A DNA stretch of 64,000 nt from Trueperaceae bacterium (GTDB lineage Bacteria; Deinococcota; Deinococci; Deinococcales; Trueperaceae), in the NCBI GenBank assembly GCA_965215565.1, contig CBDCDZ010000004.1:1632001-1696000 (forward strand), in the 5' to 3' direction. Below the pieces are notes generated by a model that did no database searches, was not told the DNA's origin, and saw nothing but the letters and a program-made list of their open reading frames with translations. The position numbers were made by a program, and so were the translations under genes. Shown piece by piece: positions 1 to 10,497 of the stretch; the first letter of the stretch is position 1, and each line of letters begins with the position of its first letter.

Positions 1-2
1 TA

Positions 3-1646
3 CAGATACAAGGAGTAGCCTCAAAGCCGGAACGCCTCGAAGCCACACTGTCCGATGGGACCGTCGGACTTTTGGTCATTGATGACGCTTGGAACGAGGC
101 GGCGCTGCAGGAGCTGCGGGATTACGTGCCGCACGGTCTTCCCCTCCTCGTGACCGCTAGGCAGCGTTTCAGAAACCTCAACCGTTTCGACGTTACCGTT
201 CTCCTTCGGACTGACGCACAAAAGCTGCTCGCACGCGAAGCAGGTCAGCTCCTTCCTGTAGAGGAGAGCGACACCGTCTGCGCGGTGCTCGGCGACCACC
301 CTTTCGCGTTGCGACTCGCGGGCGCGAAGCTCAAGCAGGACCGGCTCACCCCGGTTCAACTGCTGGCTCAGCTTGCAGATGCGCCCCATCACCTCGTCTC
401 CCCGAGGGGCTGGCGCGAGAGCGGACGTGAAAGCTTTAGCGCCTTGTTGCAAGCGAGCCTAGAAACGCTCTCCGACGATGCGTACTATGCGTTTCTCGCC
501 ATAGGTGCCCTCGCCTCGGGCGGGGCGAGCGCGCTGCTACTCGCCCAGGTGCTGCAACGCGACCCCGACCTCATCGAGGCGGCGCTCATCGAGTTGCACA
601 CCCGCGCCCTAGCTGAGCGCGTAGCGACGCCGGGCAGTGACCTCGTGCGCTACGCCCTGCACGACCTCTCGCACAGCTTTGCCAGGGAGAACAACATCGT
701 GAGGTCTGGAACGGTCATTCGCGCTTGTCTCGAATTCACTGCTGAAAGGCGAGCAGATTTCCAAGCCGTAGATATCGAGATCGGCAATATCATCGGGGCA
801 CTGGAGATGGCTCGCGAACTGAGTGACAAAGCGGGTCTAGTAGCTATAATGGCTAATTTAGCCGTCGGCGAGACCTACTTTCTAGCTCGTGGTCACTCGC
901 CGCGCTCGTTAGCCCTTTTAGAGGTCGGAATAAGCTGGGCTAAGGAGCGCGGTCAGTTACATAAGGCACATCACTTTGCGACGAATCTCGGAAATGCCCG
1001 ACGTGTACAGCACCGGGATTTCACACGCGCGCTTAAAGCTTATGGCGAGGGCGCGCAGCTCGCTCGGCTTTCGAAAGACCCCGCTAGAGAGGCTGTTCTA
1101 CTCTGTTTATGTGCAGTGTGCCAACGAAATCTCGGTTTAGAAAGCGAGACCAATTTCGAGCGGGCTTATGCGTTGGCGCAGGGCGCGAAGGACGATGACG
1201 CGCTCGGACAAATTCTTCAGAATCGCGCCTACGTCGCCGCGCTCGACCAGGCTTGGGAGACGGTCGAACGTTATAGCAAGGAGGGTGTTGATCTGGCTCG
1301 CGCTATGCTCGTGAGCGGAGAAGGGGACCGTGCGCGCTCTGACAACCTGCTCTTTTATAGCTTGCTCACCTTAGGCGAGGCGAGGCGCAACCTAGGATCG
1401 GTTGACGAGGCGTTGCGTCTAAGGAACGAAGCGCTCGCGCTCGCGGAGTCACGCGATAACTTGCTATGGCAAGCCTATGCGCATCACGATATCGGAGAGA
1501 TGTATTTCGAGATAGGTCAGGCCGAGCTGAGTACGGTGTATCTGAAGAGAGCCGCCCATCTCTACACGCTAAGCCACGCCGAAGCGGAAGTGAGAGAGGT
1601 AGAAGCGCTACTTAGCGGCGCGAGTTTACGCCGAATTAACGCCTGA
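3..1646 (+). CDS. STAND (NB-ARC-like) NTPase with C-terminal TPR repeats, 5'-partial
   Basis: Frame is open from base 3. Walker B LLVIDDAW, sensor LVTAR, GxP-like GDHPFAL and MHD-like LHDL, followed by TPR-like helices. The N-terminus lies outside the window. Confidence 0.8.
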   Translation, partial: QIQGVASKPERLEATLSDGTVGLLVIDDAWNEAALQELRDYVPHGLPLLVTARQRFRNLNRFDVTVLLRTDAQKLLAREAGQLLPVEESDTVCAVLGDHPFALRLAGAKLKQDRLTPVQLLAQLADAPHHLVSPRGWRESGRESFSALLQASLETLSDDAYYAFLAIGALASGGASALLLAQVLQRDPDLIEAALIELHTRALAERVATPGSDLVRYALHDLSHSFARENNIVRSGTVIRACLEFTAERRADFQAVDIEIGNIIGALEMARELSDKAGLVAIMANLAVGETYFLARGHSPRSLALLEVGISWAKERGQLHKAHHFATNLGNARRVQHRDFTRALKAYGEGAQLARLSKDPAREAVLLCLCAVCQRNLGLESETNFERAYALAQGAKDDDALGQILQNRAYVAALDQAWETVERYSKEGVDLARAMLVSGEGDRARSDNLLFYSLLTLGEARRNLGSVDEALRLRNEALALAESRDNLLWQAYAHHDIGEMYFEIGQAELSTVYLKRAAHLYTLSHAEAEVREVEALLSGASLRRINA

Positions 1647-1676
1647 GTTATACGCTTCTTCTTGGAGGTACGACAC

Positions 1677-1847
1677 ATGAAAAAGTTCTTGGAATGGTTG
1701 AAAGCGTTCTTCTTTGGTAGGAGCGCCGACACGAGAGCTAACCCGAAGAAGAGCGATCAGCCTGACAGCAAAATAGGTGCCGCCGAAGACGAGCATAGAA
1801 TTGGTGATGATGAACCCGATAGTGTTCCTCGCGCGAGGACTGGGTAG
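1677..1847 (+). CDS. small hypothetical protein (56 aa)
   Basis: SD GGAGGT precedes the ATG at 1677. Amphipathic N-terminus MKKFLEWLKAFFFG and a charged tail. Confidence 0.55.
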   Translation: MKKFLEWLKAFFFGRSADTRANPKKSDQPDSKIGAAEDEHRIGDDEPDSVPRARTG

Positions 1848-2015
1848 CAAAAGATGAGGTTGCTGGTTCGTTCCTGGCGGGCACAAATGACTGCGCGAAA
1901 GAGGCGCTGTCGAGATTAAAGAGGATGTCTGGTGCACTAGCTTACCTCAACCATGTTGTTGTCCGAAAGTCAATCGCGACTGCTTCTAGGCGTTGTTTTC
2001 GTACGAGAGGTTGAT

Positions 2016-3080
2016 ATGACCTTCGCAGAACGCTTGAATCATCTTTTAGAGGCGAGCAAAGAACCCTTTTCTGGAGTCATTTTCATAACTCAGGGCGGGA
2101 AAGCTCTGGCTAGTGTAACCGCAGGCTACGCCAGTCGCCCTTGGCAAATTGAGAACCGCCTCGAGACCCGCTTCCGCATTGCCTCAATCTCAAAAATGTT
2201 CACCGCCGTCTCGGTACTGCAACTCATCGACGCGGGCGCGCTGACGTTAGAGACCCGCGTCGCCGCGTTTCTAAATCTGGAAGATACGGCGATACCCGAA
2301 GAGGTCACCGTCTATCACCTCTTGACCATGACCGCAGGCATCGCCGACTGGTTCGACGAGTCGGGCGACGTGGAGGGGTGGGCGGCGCTGCGCCGCGCGC
2401 ACCCGCTCTACCTCTTGCGGCGCAACGAGGATTACCTGCCGCTCTTCGTGAACGCGCCGCCCGTTGCGCCCGTCGGGGCGGGGCACCGCTACAGCAACTC
2501 GAGCTATATCCTGCTCGGTCTGATGGTCGAGCAGGCATCCGGGCTTCCCTACTTCGACTATGTGCGGCGGCACGTCTTCGCGCAGGCGCGGATGACCCGC
2601 TCGGACTTCGTGGCATTAGACAGCGTGCAAGGTGAGGTCGCCGAGGGCTACGTCCCCGTTACCGACGCGCAGGGCGCGCGCACGGGTTGGCAGAAGAACC
2701 TCTACTTAGTGACGCCAGAAGCTGCGGCAGACGGCGGCGCGACCTCGACGGCTGAAGACCTGTGCCGCTTCCTCAAAATGCTCAGGGAGGGGCGGCTCTT
2801 GTCCCATGAGTTGACCCAAGAGGTGCTGACGCCCAAAGTGCTCGAGGACGACGAACCCTACCGGGGCTACATCTGGAAGTACGGCTACGGACTCCTCTTC
2901 TTGTTGGACGACGAGGACCAGGTTGTGCGCTGGGGGCACACCGGCGAGGAGGAGGGGGTGAGCTGCCGCCTGCATCACTACCCACAAAAAGATGTCGATG
3001 TCGCTATCCTCAGCAACCAGAGCGGGGGCGCGGGCAGCTTGACATGGGCGCTGCACGACCTCGTCACGTCGATTCTCTAA
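2016..3080 (+). CDS. serine hydrolase, beta-lactamase/AmpC family
   Basis: SxxK (SISK), YSN and HTG motifs. Start moved to ATG 2016 behind GAGG. Confidence 0.9.
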   Translation: MTFAERLNHLLEASKEPFSGVIFITQGGKALASVTAGYASRPWQIENRLETRFRIASISKMFTAVSVLQLIDAGALTLETRVAAFLNLEDTAIPEEVTVYHLLTMTAGIADWFDESGDVEGWAALRRAHPLYLLRRNEDYLPLFVNAPPVAPVGAGHRYSNSSYILLGLMVEQASGLPYFDYVRRHVFAQARMTRSDFVALDSVQGEVAEGYVPVTDAQGARTGWQKNLYLVTPEAAADGGATSTAEDLCRFLKMLREGRLLSHELTQEVLTPKVLEDDEPYRGYIWKYGYGLLFLLDDEDQVVRWGHTGEEEGVSCRLHHYPQKDVDVAILSNQSGGAGSLTWALHDLVTSIL

Positions 3081-3105
3081 TCCGAATTTAGTAGCGACTC
3101 TGGAA

Positions 3106-4287
3106 TCACGTCGTCAGCGCTGCTATGCCCGGCAGCGTCTGCCCCTCCAGAAACTCCAGCGACGCGCCGCCGCCCGTCGAGATGTGGCTGATGGCGTCTG
3201 CTAAGCCCGAGGCGTTGACCGCCGCCACCGAGTCGCCGCCGCCCACGATGGAATAGGCGTCTGAGGAGGCGACGCTCTGGGCGATCTCTTTTGTGCCGGT
3301 ATCAAAAGGCGGCGTTTCGAAGACGCCCAAGGGTCCGTTCCAGAAGATGGTCTTCGCGCCCTTCAGCACCTCTTGATAGTGCGAAACCGCCTCCGGTCCC
3401 GCGTCCAACCCCACGTAGCCCTCGGGAATCTCGCCCGAGGGATGCACTTCGGTCTCTGCGCCCTCTTCAATCTCTCTCGCGCAGACCGAGTCTTGTGGCA
3501 GGTGGACCGTCACGCCTTTTTGTTCGGCGCGCCCTAGCACGTTTTTGGCGGTGTCTAACTTATCCTCTTCCACCAAAGATCTGCCGACTTGCCCACCCTT
3601 CGCCTTGAAAAAGGTGTACGCCATCGCGCCGCCGATGAGGATGTCGTCGGCTAAGTCCAAGAGGTTTTCGATGACGCCGATCTTATCCGAGACCTTTGCG
3701 CCGCCCAGAATGACCTTGAAGGGCTTTTCGGGATTGTCCAAGAGGTTCGTCAAGACCTCGACCTCTCGAGCTAAGAGCAGCCCCGCCGCGCTCGGCAAGA
3801 GATGCGCGACGCCTTCGGTGGAGGCGTGCGCGCGGTGGGCCGCGCCGAAAGCGTCGTTGACGTAGACCTCACCGTACGCGGCGAGTTCGCCTGCGAAGTC
3901 CGCGTCGTTTTTGGTCTCGCGTGAGTCGAAGCGGAGGTTCTCGAGCAAGGTTACACTGCCCTCAGGTGCGCCCTGAACGAACTGCGCGGCTTTGGATGTG
4001 GCGGGTCCCTGCGCAGCTTCATAGCGCACCTCTTGACCGAGCAGTTCCGAGAGCCTCTGTGCCACAGGTCCCAAGCGGTACTTGTCCTCCGCACCCTTAG
4101 GACGTCCCAAGTGGCTCATCAGGATGAGGGTGGCATTCTGGTCCAAGAGGTGTTTGATGGTCGGCAGCGTCGCCTGGATGCGGCTGTCGTCCGTAACCTC
4201 GCCGTTTTTAAGCGGCACGTTAAAGTCCGCGCGCATCAGCACGCGCTTGTTGCTTACGTCAAGGTCATCTAAAGTTCTAAGTGCCAT
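3106..4287 (-). CDS. pgk: phosphoglycerate kinase
   Basis: RADFNVP, SHLGRP, DAFGAAHRAHAS and GGGASLEFLEG motifs. Confidence 0.98.
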   Translation of the reverse strand: MALRTLDDLDVSNKRVLMRADFNVPLKNGEVTDDSRIQATLPTIKHLLDQNATLILMSHLGRPKGAEDKYRLGPVAQRLSELLGQEVRYEAAQGPATSKAAQFVQGAPEGSVTLLENLRFDSRETKNDADFAGELAAYGEVYVNDAFGAAHRAHASTEGVAHLLPSAAGLLLAREVEVLTNLLDNPEKPFKVILGGAKVSDKIGVIENLLDLADDILIGGAMAYTFFKAKGGQVGRSLVEEDKLDTAKNVLGRAEQKGVTVHLPQDSVCAREIEEGAETEVHPSGEIPEGYVGLDAGPEAVSHYQEVLKGAKTIFWNGPLGVFETPPFDTGTKEIAQSVASSDAYSIVGGGDSVAAVNASGLADAISHISTGGGASLEFLEGQTLPGIAALTT

Positions 4288-4353
4288 GAAGCTCCTTTAT
4301 TTGTAGAGTACAGGGGAGTCAGGTGGAATCTTACAGATGCGGCAATCCAAAGT

Positions 4354-4497
4354 AGTAATGAGTTCCAAGCAATCCAGTCGAGCTGGTGTACGTAAGTCCT
4401 CACGTAGTGAACGAACGGTGAGCAATGAGTCTAAAGGTTTTCACTCATTGCTCGTTACGGGCGAGCCCTGCCGTTTCATTGATTTCAACTCGTTGCT
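4354..4497. repeat. MITE-like element with imperfect 20-bp terminal inverted repeats
   Basis: AGTAATGAGTTCCAAGCAAT (4354) matches the reverse complement of 4478-4497 (AGCAACGAGTTGAAATCAAT) at 15/20. Internal hairpin GAGCAATGAGT/ACTCATTGCTC. Confidence 0.5.
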
Positions 4498-4510
4498 GTA
4501 AACCTATGCT

Positions 4511-4540
4511 AAAAAAGCGCCGCGCTCAGTTAGGCGCGGC
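4511..4540 (-). terminator. intrinsic terminator downstream of gap
   Basis: Minus strand reads GCCGCGC-ctaactga-GCGCGGC-gc-TTTTTT. Confidence 0.7.
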
Positions 4541-4562
4541 AGCTCTCTCCAGACAGGTTTTA

Positions 4563-5720
<1,158 letters not shown>

Positions 5721-5758
5721 CTATGAACGCTATGAAGAAGAGGGCAAGAGGTCGAAGC

Positions 5759-7618
5759 TTACGGCGTAAGTTCAACCAGGGTCACGGTGTCGCCTACGTC
5801 TAGCTCGAGCCTGCCCCCTTTAAGTGACGCACTCTTCTTCACCATGTCGCCGTCATCTCCCAAAATGTAGAGTGCCGCCTCATCAATCGGCGTCCCCACC
5901 GTGAGTGTGACCTCTTGCCCCTTCACGCTGAGGTCGCGCCGTGCGCTCACCTCGTCGGGGGCGTTCGCGCGCGCCCCGGTGTCGTAACTGACGCGCGCTT
6001 GCCACAGCGCGAGGTAGAAGGTGCCGTCCTCCTTTTGTAGCAGCGTGGCGTGCACCTTGTCGGTTTCACCCGTCAAATCGTACGCCAGAGCGTCCGGCGT
6101 AAAGTCCGCGCCGGGGTCTTCGAGCAGGTCGATGAGGTTCTCCAAAGCCTTGTACGCGGGTTTTTCCGAGCCATCGTTGCGCAGTAAGCCGAAGTTCTTG
6201 TCGCGCTCGTCGCGCCCAGAATCGCTGTAGAGGTCGATGAACTCGTAGAGGTAGCTGCGCACGAAGCCCCGGTTGAAGTGCTCGAAGAAGAGCCTCGGGA
6301 TGTAGGTGGCAGCGGCTCTTTCCGACACGGGGCGGTGATCGGTTGCGCCCATGTTGACGGCGTTGTGGTAGCCCGTCTCGGTCATCACCATCGGCTTGCC
6401 GCCGCTCGGCTCGCGGTAGCGGGGCAGGTAGCTGTCCAAGCCGTTGCCGTAGGGGTCGGTGCACGACGGGCAGTTGCCGCCGCTGTAGGGGTGCCAGTTG
6501 CCGTAGTCGAGGTAGTCGCTCAAGTCGCCCACCTCGTCCGTTTTCCACACGACGGACGGACCGAGCACCTTGACGCGCGACAAGTCGCCGTCGCCCTTCA
6601 CAGCTTTATAGAGCTTTTTTTGCACGTCTCTCGTCACCTTCGCCCAGTCGCCGCCGCGCAAGTCGGGCTCGTTGAGCCCCTCGAAGGAGACCACCGCGCC
6701 GTCACACCATTCGTACACATCGTCCAATTTGGAGAAGTCGGTCGCTTTGATGTAGCTCGAGCCCGTGTTGACCAATAGGTTGAAGCGGATACCTTCCGAG
6801 GCTAGGGCGCGGCACTTCTTGTAGTAGGGGTGGTTGCGGCTGTGCCCTTTCGAGGTGTACGCGCCGTCTCTCAGGTGGCGCACGCCGAGCTTAACGAGCT
6901 TGGGCTCGATGAGGCTCTCAAAATTTCGGTAGACCGTGTCGGTAAATTGAAGGTGGGTGTTCACGCCGATGCTGTCCACGAAGTCGTCGGCGCGTTTCGC
7001 CTTGACGCTCGAGCTGACTTTAGGCAGTGCACTCGGTCCTTCTTTGCGGCGCGCGTCCGCTGCCCCGCTCGGCTTCTCGTCCGCGTCCCGCGTCAGGAAG
7101 AGACCGTCGAGAGAAAAGCCGTCCTCGCGCATCCACACGTTCAAGGTGTGCTCGCCCCCAGGCACGCTGAGTTTGACCCGCTCCTCTTTCATAGTGAGGT
7201 TGGACCAGCCCATCGCCTCTCCAAAGCCGCCGATATGCTCGACTTTCGGTGTGCCGTTCAAACCAAGGTGTAAGGAGTTGCTCGAGAGCGCCTTCCCCTC
7301 CGCCGCCCTGCCGCGCACCCACACGTAATAGGTCCCGGCGGGCACGTCGAGCGTGTGGTCCAAGCGTGGGCTCGAGTCCGCGTAGTCCGTTCTGTAGTTT
7401 TTCCCTACGTCGGGGAGCGCCCGGAGGACCTTGCCGTCCACAGCGTCTTCATCAGCCCGCAACCGCCAGGTGTGCGACGCGCCTGGGCGCATGTCGAAGG
7501 CTTCCGCCTCGAGCCTGAGCGAGCCCGCCTGCGCCGCCAATTCTCTCTCCGGTGTGTCTGTCAGGCTGCACCCGCCCAACGTGACGAGCAAGACCAGTCC
7601 TAAGCCGTATCGCTTCAT
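5759..7618 (-). CDS. lipoprotein: beta-sandwich (carbohydrate-binding-like) domain plus clan GH-A-like glycoside hydrolase barrel
   Basis: Signal and lipobox MKRYGLGLVLLVTLGGC. NEP acid/base-like and TETG nucleophile-like motifs, FGLL..DGSEKPAY. SD GGGAGG. Confidence 0.7.
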   Translation of the reverse strand: MKRYGLGLVLLVTLGGCSLTDTPERELAAQAGSLRLEAEAFDMRPGASHTWRLRADEDAVDGKVLRALPDVGKNYRTDYADSSPRLDHTLDVPAGTYYVWVRGRAAEGKALSSNSLHLGLNGTPKVEHIGGFGEAMGWSNLTMKEERVKLSVPGGEHTLNVWMREDGFSLDGLFLTRDADEKPSGAADARRKEGPSALPKVSSSVKAKRADDFVDSIGVNTHLQFTDTVYRNFESLIEPKLVKLGVRHLRDGAYTSKGHSRNHPYYKKCRALASEGIRFNLLVNTGSSYIKATDFSKLDDVYEWCDGAVVSFEGLNEPDLRGGDWAKVTRDVQKKLYKAVKGDGDLSRVKVLGPSVVWKTDEVGDLSDYLDYGNWHPYSGGNCPSCTDPYGNGLDSYLPRYREPSGGKPMVMTETGYHNAVNMGATDHRPVSERAAATYIPRLFFEHFNRGFVRSYLYEFIDLYSDSGRDERDKNFGLLRNDGSEKPAYKALENLIDLLEDPGADFTPDALAYDLTGETDKVHATLLQKEDGTFYLALWQARVSYDTGARANAPDEVSARRDLSVKGQEVTLTVGTPIDEAALYILGDDGDMVKKSASLKGGRLELDVGDTVTLVELTP

Positions 7619-7834
7619 CCATACCTCCCAAGTATGTTGACCAAGTATGTCGTTGCCCAATGTAATGCGCGTCGATGTAAGGAACAGGCTGCCCTCTGTA
7701 ACCTCGACTACGTTACCGAGCTTCGGTGAAAGAAAGATGAAGGTTGTTAAGCCAAAATGAGACTGTTTCACATCGTTTTGGAGTAGAAAACAGCGGAAAC
7801 GGCGTGAGGCAAGCGTGAGATAGAGGTTGGGCAG

Positions 7835-10171
7835 CTACTCCAAAAACCCAGCAATCTCCCTCGGGTCCACGTCGATCCTGAGCCGCGCGCTCCCCCGGTA
7901 GTTTAGGGCGGGCTGCAGGCGTTCGCGCAGCGCTTGGTTGGATGAGGTGCGCACGAAGAGTTGATAGCTGTATTGGTTCTTGACGCGGGCGACGGGTGCG
8001 GGCGTCGGACCTAAGAGTTCCTCTTCGGCAGCGCCAGCGGTGCGCACCGCGCCTGCGAGCCACGTCGCGGCGCGCTCGGCTTCGCTTCTTTGCTTCGCGC
8101 TCAGTTGCACCTTTGCCAAGGTGCGGTAAGGCGGATAGCCGAAGCGCTTGCGGCGCTCCAAGAGGGCGTCTAAAAAGCTTTCGGTGCGCCCCTCCGCGTA
8201 GGCGCGCACGGCGGCGTGCTCGGGTTGGAAGGTCTGCACGAGCGTCAGCGGGCGCTTGCCCGGCGCGAGTTCCGCCAGGTTGAGGAGCAGGCGGTACGCG
8301 CCCTCTTCGGCGCGGAAGTCGCTGAGGTTGAGGAGCGTGTCGAGGAGGGTCACGGCGATGAGCGAGAGGTTGGGCAGGGGTGCTCTACGCAAGATAGCAG
8401 ACGTCGTCACGAGCACGCCCGGCTGCCCGTCATAAAGCCCAGAGAGGTCTTCGCGCTTGTCGCTGTCGAAGCGCAACACGGGGACGTTCGGGAGCAGCTT
8501 CTGCACCGCCGAGACCACCCACTGCGTGCCCGCCGCGCGCGTCGGGCTCATATCTGGCCCCTCGCACGAGGGGCAGAGCGCGGGCGCTTTCTCGGCGTGA
8601 CCGCACTGGTGGCAGCGCAAGACGTAGCGTTCGCGGTGGTAGCGCAGCGGCAAGTCGCAGTTCGGGCAGCCCGCCACGTAGTCGCACTCGGCGCAGCGCA
8701 GCGCAGCCGAGAAACCCCTGCGCGGCGCGAGCAGGACCGCTTGGCGCTCCCGCGCTTCGATTTGCTTCAAGACTTTGATGAGGTCCGTGCTGAGGGGCCA
8801 GGAGTGCCCTTGCGTGAGGTCGACGGTGTGGACTCTGGCGGGCGGCGTGGGCAAGGTCACTACCTCTCCCCTAGCCTCTTCTCCCCTAGCCACTTCGTGC
8901 CTCATTCGTTCTTCACGCGCGCCGTTCTCGGGCCCATCTTGCTGCTGGACACGCCCACTTCGGCTCAGATAGCGGTGCGCCTCGGGCGTGGCGAGCGCGT
9001 CCGCTAAGACGAGCGTAGCGCCCGCCGCCTCAGCGAGCAGCCGCGCGGCGGTGGGCACGAAGACGCGGCAGCCCTGGGCGAGTTTATAAGAACTCGAGCC
9101 TTCCTCTAAGACGACTACCCGTCCGAGCGGCTCGAGGGGGGCGAGCAGCGCCAGGTAGCTCCCAACGAGGACGACGCTCTCACCCGCGCGAAGCTCGGAC
9201 CACAGGCGGCTGCGCTGCGCGTCGGATAGCTCGCCAGAGAGGGCCTGGACGGGCACATGTGCGCCTAAAAGGGCGGCGGTCTCCTCCAGAAACGCCCCCT
9301 CAGGTACGAGCACCAGGGCGCTTTCGCCGCGCCGGATGTTCTCACGTAAGAGCGGCAGGAGCGCCCGCACGCGCTCACGGCGCAGCCCCCCCGACAGGCT
9401 GAAGTGACCCTCGGGCAGCGCCACTTCACTCGCCTCTTCGAGCGTCGTTTCGTCGGCGACGTAGCTCGGCAGCGCGGGCGGCGGCGCGTCTACGAGCGCG
9501 TAGGCGGCGTAGCCCTTTTTCACGAGCGCGCGCACCGCGCTCTCAGGCACCTCCGCGTCGCGGCTCAGCGCGGCGGCGCTCTCGGCGTGCTCGGCGCGCC
9601 ACAGCGCCTCTAGCGCGCGCCGCTGATTCGCCTGCGGCTTGCCGCGCAAGGCGTCGTCGGCGCGGCGGCGCGGCTCTAAGACCTGCACCTGTTTCGCTTG
9701 GGGGCGCACGCGCTCCGCTAGGAGCCCCTGCCGCCGCAAGAGGTCCAACTCGCGCGGCGGCACCCTGGCGGCGTCCGTCCAGCGCTCGCTCGGCACCGCG
9801 TCCACCTGGGCCAGCGCGCGCACCTCATGCAGCAGCGGCTCGCCCAGACCCGTCGGCAAGAGGTTGGCGAGCACCGTGCCCGCTGGCGAACAGGTGTGCT
9901 GCGCGACGTGCCCGATGAGGGCGAGCCCGGCGGGGGACAAAAAGGGCTCCGCGCCGAGTGTGGCGATGACCTCGCGCAGCTCTAAAGCCACCGCCCCGCG
10001 CAGGGGCTCCGTGCCTACCACCAGCCCGATTCTCACTCCGCTCTGCCACGGCACGACCACGCGGCAGCCCGGCTGCGGCACCCTTTCGCCGTGCGGCGGC
10101 AGGAAATTGAAGGGCGGCAGCGGCAGGGGTAAGAGGACGCGCAAAGAGAGGGGAGGTGGAGCGCCAAGCAC
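7835..10171 (-). CDS. priA: primosomal protein N' (PriA) with degenerate helicase motifs
   Basis: N-terminal RVVVPW, RRGF followed by four CxxC, DFRAEE, QTFQP, YPPY, LLGP.PAP and IDVDP. Confidence 0.93.
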   Translation of the reverse strand: MLGAPPPLSLRVLLPLPLPPFNFLPPHGERVPQPGCRVVVPWQSGVRIGLVVGTEPLRGAVALELREVIATLGAEPFLSPAGLALIGHVAQHTCSPAGTVLANLLPTGLGEPLLHEVRALAQVDAVPSERWTDAARVPPRELDLLRRQGLLAERVRPQAKQVQVLEPRRRADDALRGKPQANQRRALEALWRAEHAESAAALSRDAEVPESAVRALVKKGYAAYALVDAPPPALPSYVADETTLEEASEVALPEGHFSLSGGLRRERVRALLPLLRENIRRGESALVLVPEGAFLEETAALLGAHVPVQALSGELSDAQRSRLWSELRAGESVVLVGSYLALLAPLEPLGRVVVLEEGSSSYKLAQGCRVFVPTAARLLAEAAGATLVLADALATPEAHRYLSRSGRVQQQDGPENGAREERMRHEVARGEEARGEVVTLPTPPARVHTVDLTQGHSWPLSTDLIKVLKQIEARERQAVLLAPRRGFSAALRCAECDYVAGCPNCDLPLRYHRERYVLRCHQCGHAEKAPALCPSCEGPDMSPTRAAGTQWVVSAVQKLLPNVPVLRFDSDKREDLSGLYDGQPGVLVTTSAILRRAPLPNLSLIAVTLLDTLLNLSDFRAEEGAYRLLLNLAELAPGKRPLTLVQTFQPEHAAVRAYAEGRTESFLDALLERRKRFGYPPYRTLAKVQLSAKQRSEAERAATWLAGAVRTAGAAEEELLGPTPAPVARVKNQYSYQLFVRTSSNQALRERLQPALNYRGSARLRIDVDPREIAGFLE

Positions 10172-10283
10172 AGGTCATCATACCGCTATACACGCGCGCG
10201 TCCGCAGAGGTGCTCACGCTGACCTTTCGTTCCGGGACGAGAGAAGCGCGCGGCGCATCAGCCAATAGAGCAATTGGTTGAGA

Positions 10284-10397
10284 GTAGTGGCTTTATCTGG
10301 AATGACGCTGATGTCAAAGCAAGGGGCTTCAACCCCTTGTTCACCACGTGGAGAGAGTAGGGGGAGCGCGTAGTAGCATTCGGCTCAGAACCACTAC
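10284..10397 (+). repeat. 114-bp GTAG...CTAC repeat (family 2), copy 1
   Basis: Colinear with and the same length as 45929-46042. Central palindrome CAAGGGG-n6-CCCCTTG. Confidence 0.8.
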
Positions 10398-10413
10398 CTG
10401 ACTCGAGACGGCC

Positions 10414-10454
10414 ATGACATCTGTCACCTCTCACGCCTGACACTTTCGACTGAC
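10414..10454 (+). promoter_or_regulatory. DesR/NarL-type response-regulator binding sites
   Basis: ATGACA-tc-TGTCAC inverted repeat plus a second TGACA half-site, upstream of an ABC + DesK/DesR-like operon. Confidence 0.6.
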
Positions 10455-10497
10455 GCGCTTCGCCGCACCTCTTCATAGTGGATGTATGGAGGTCACC

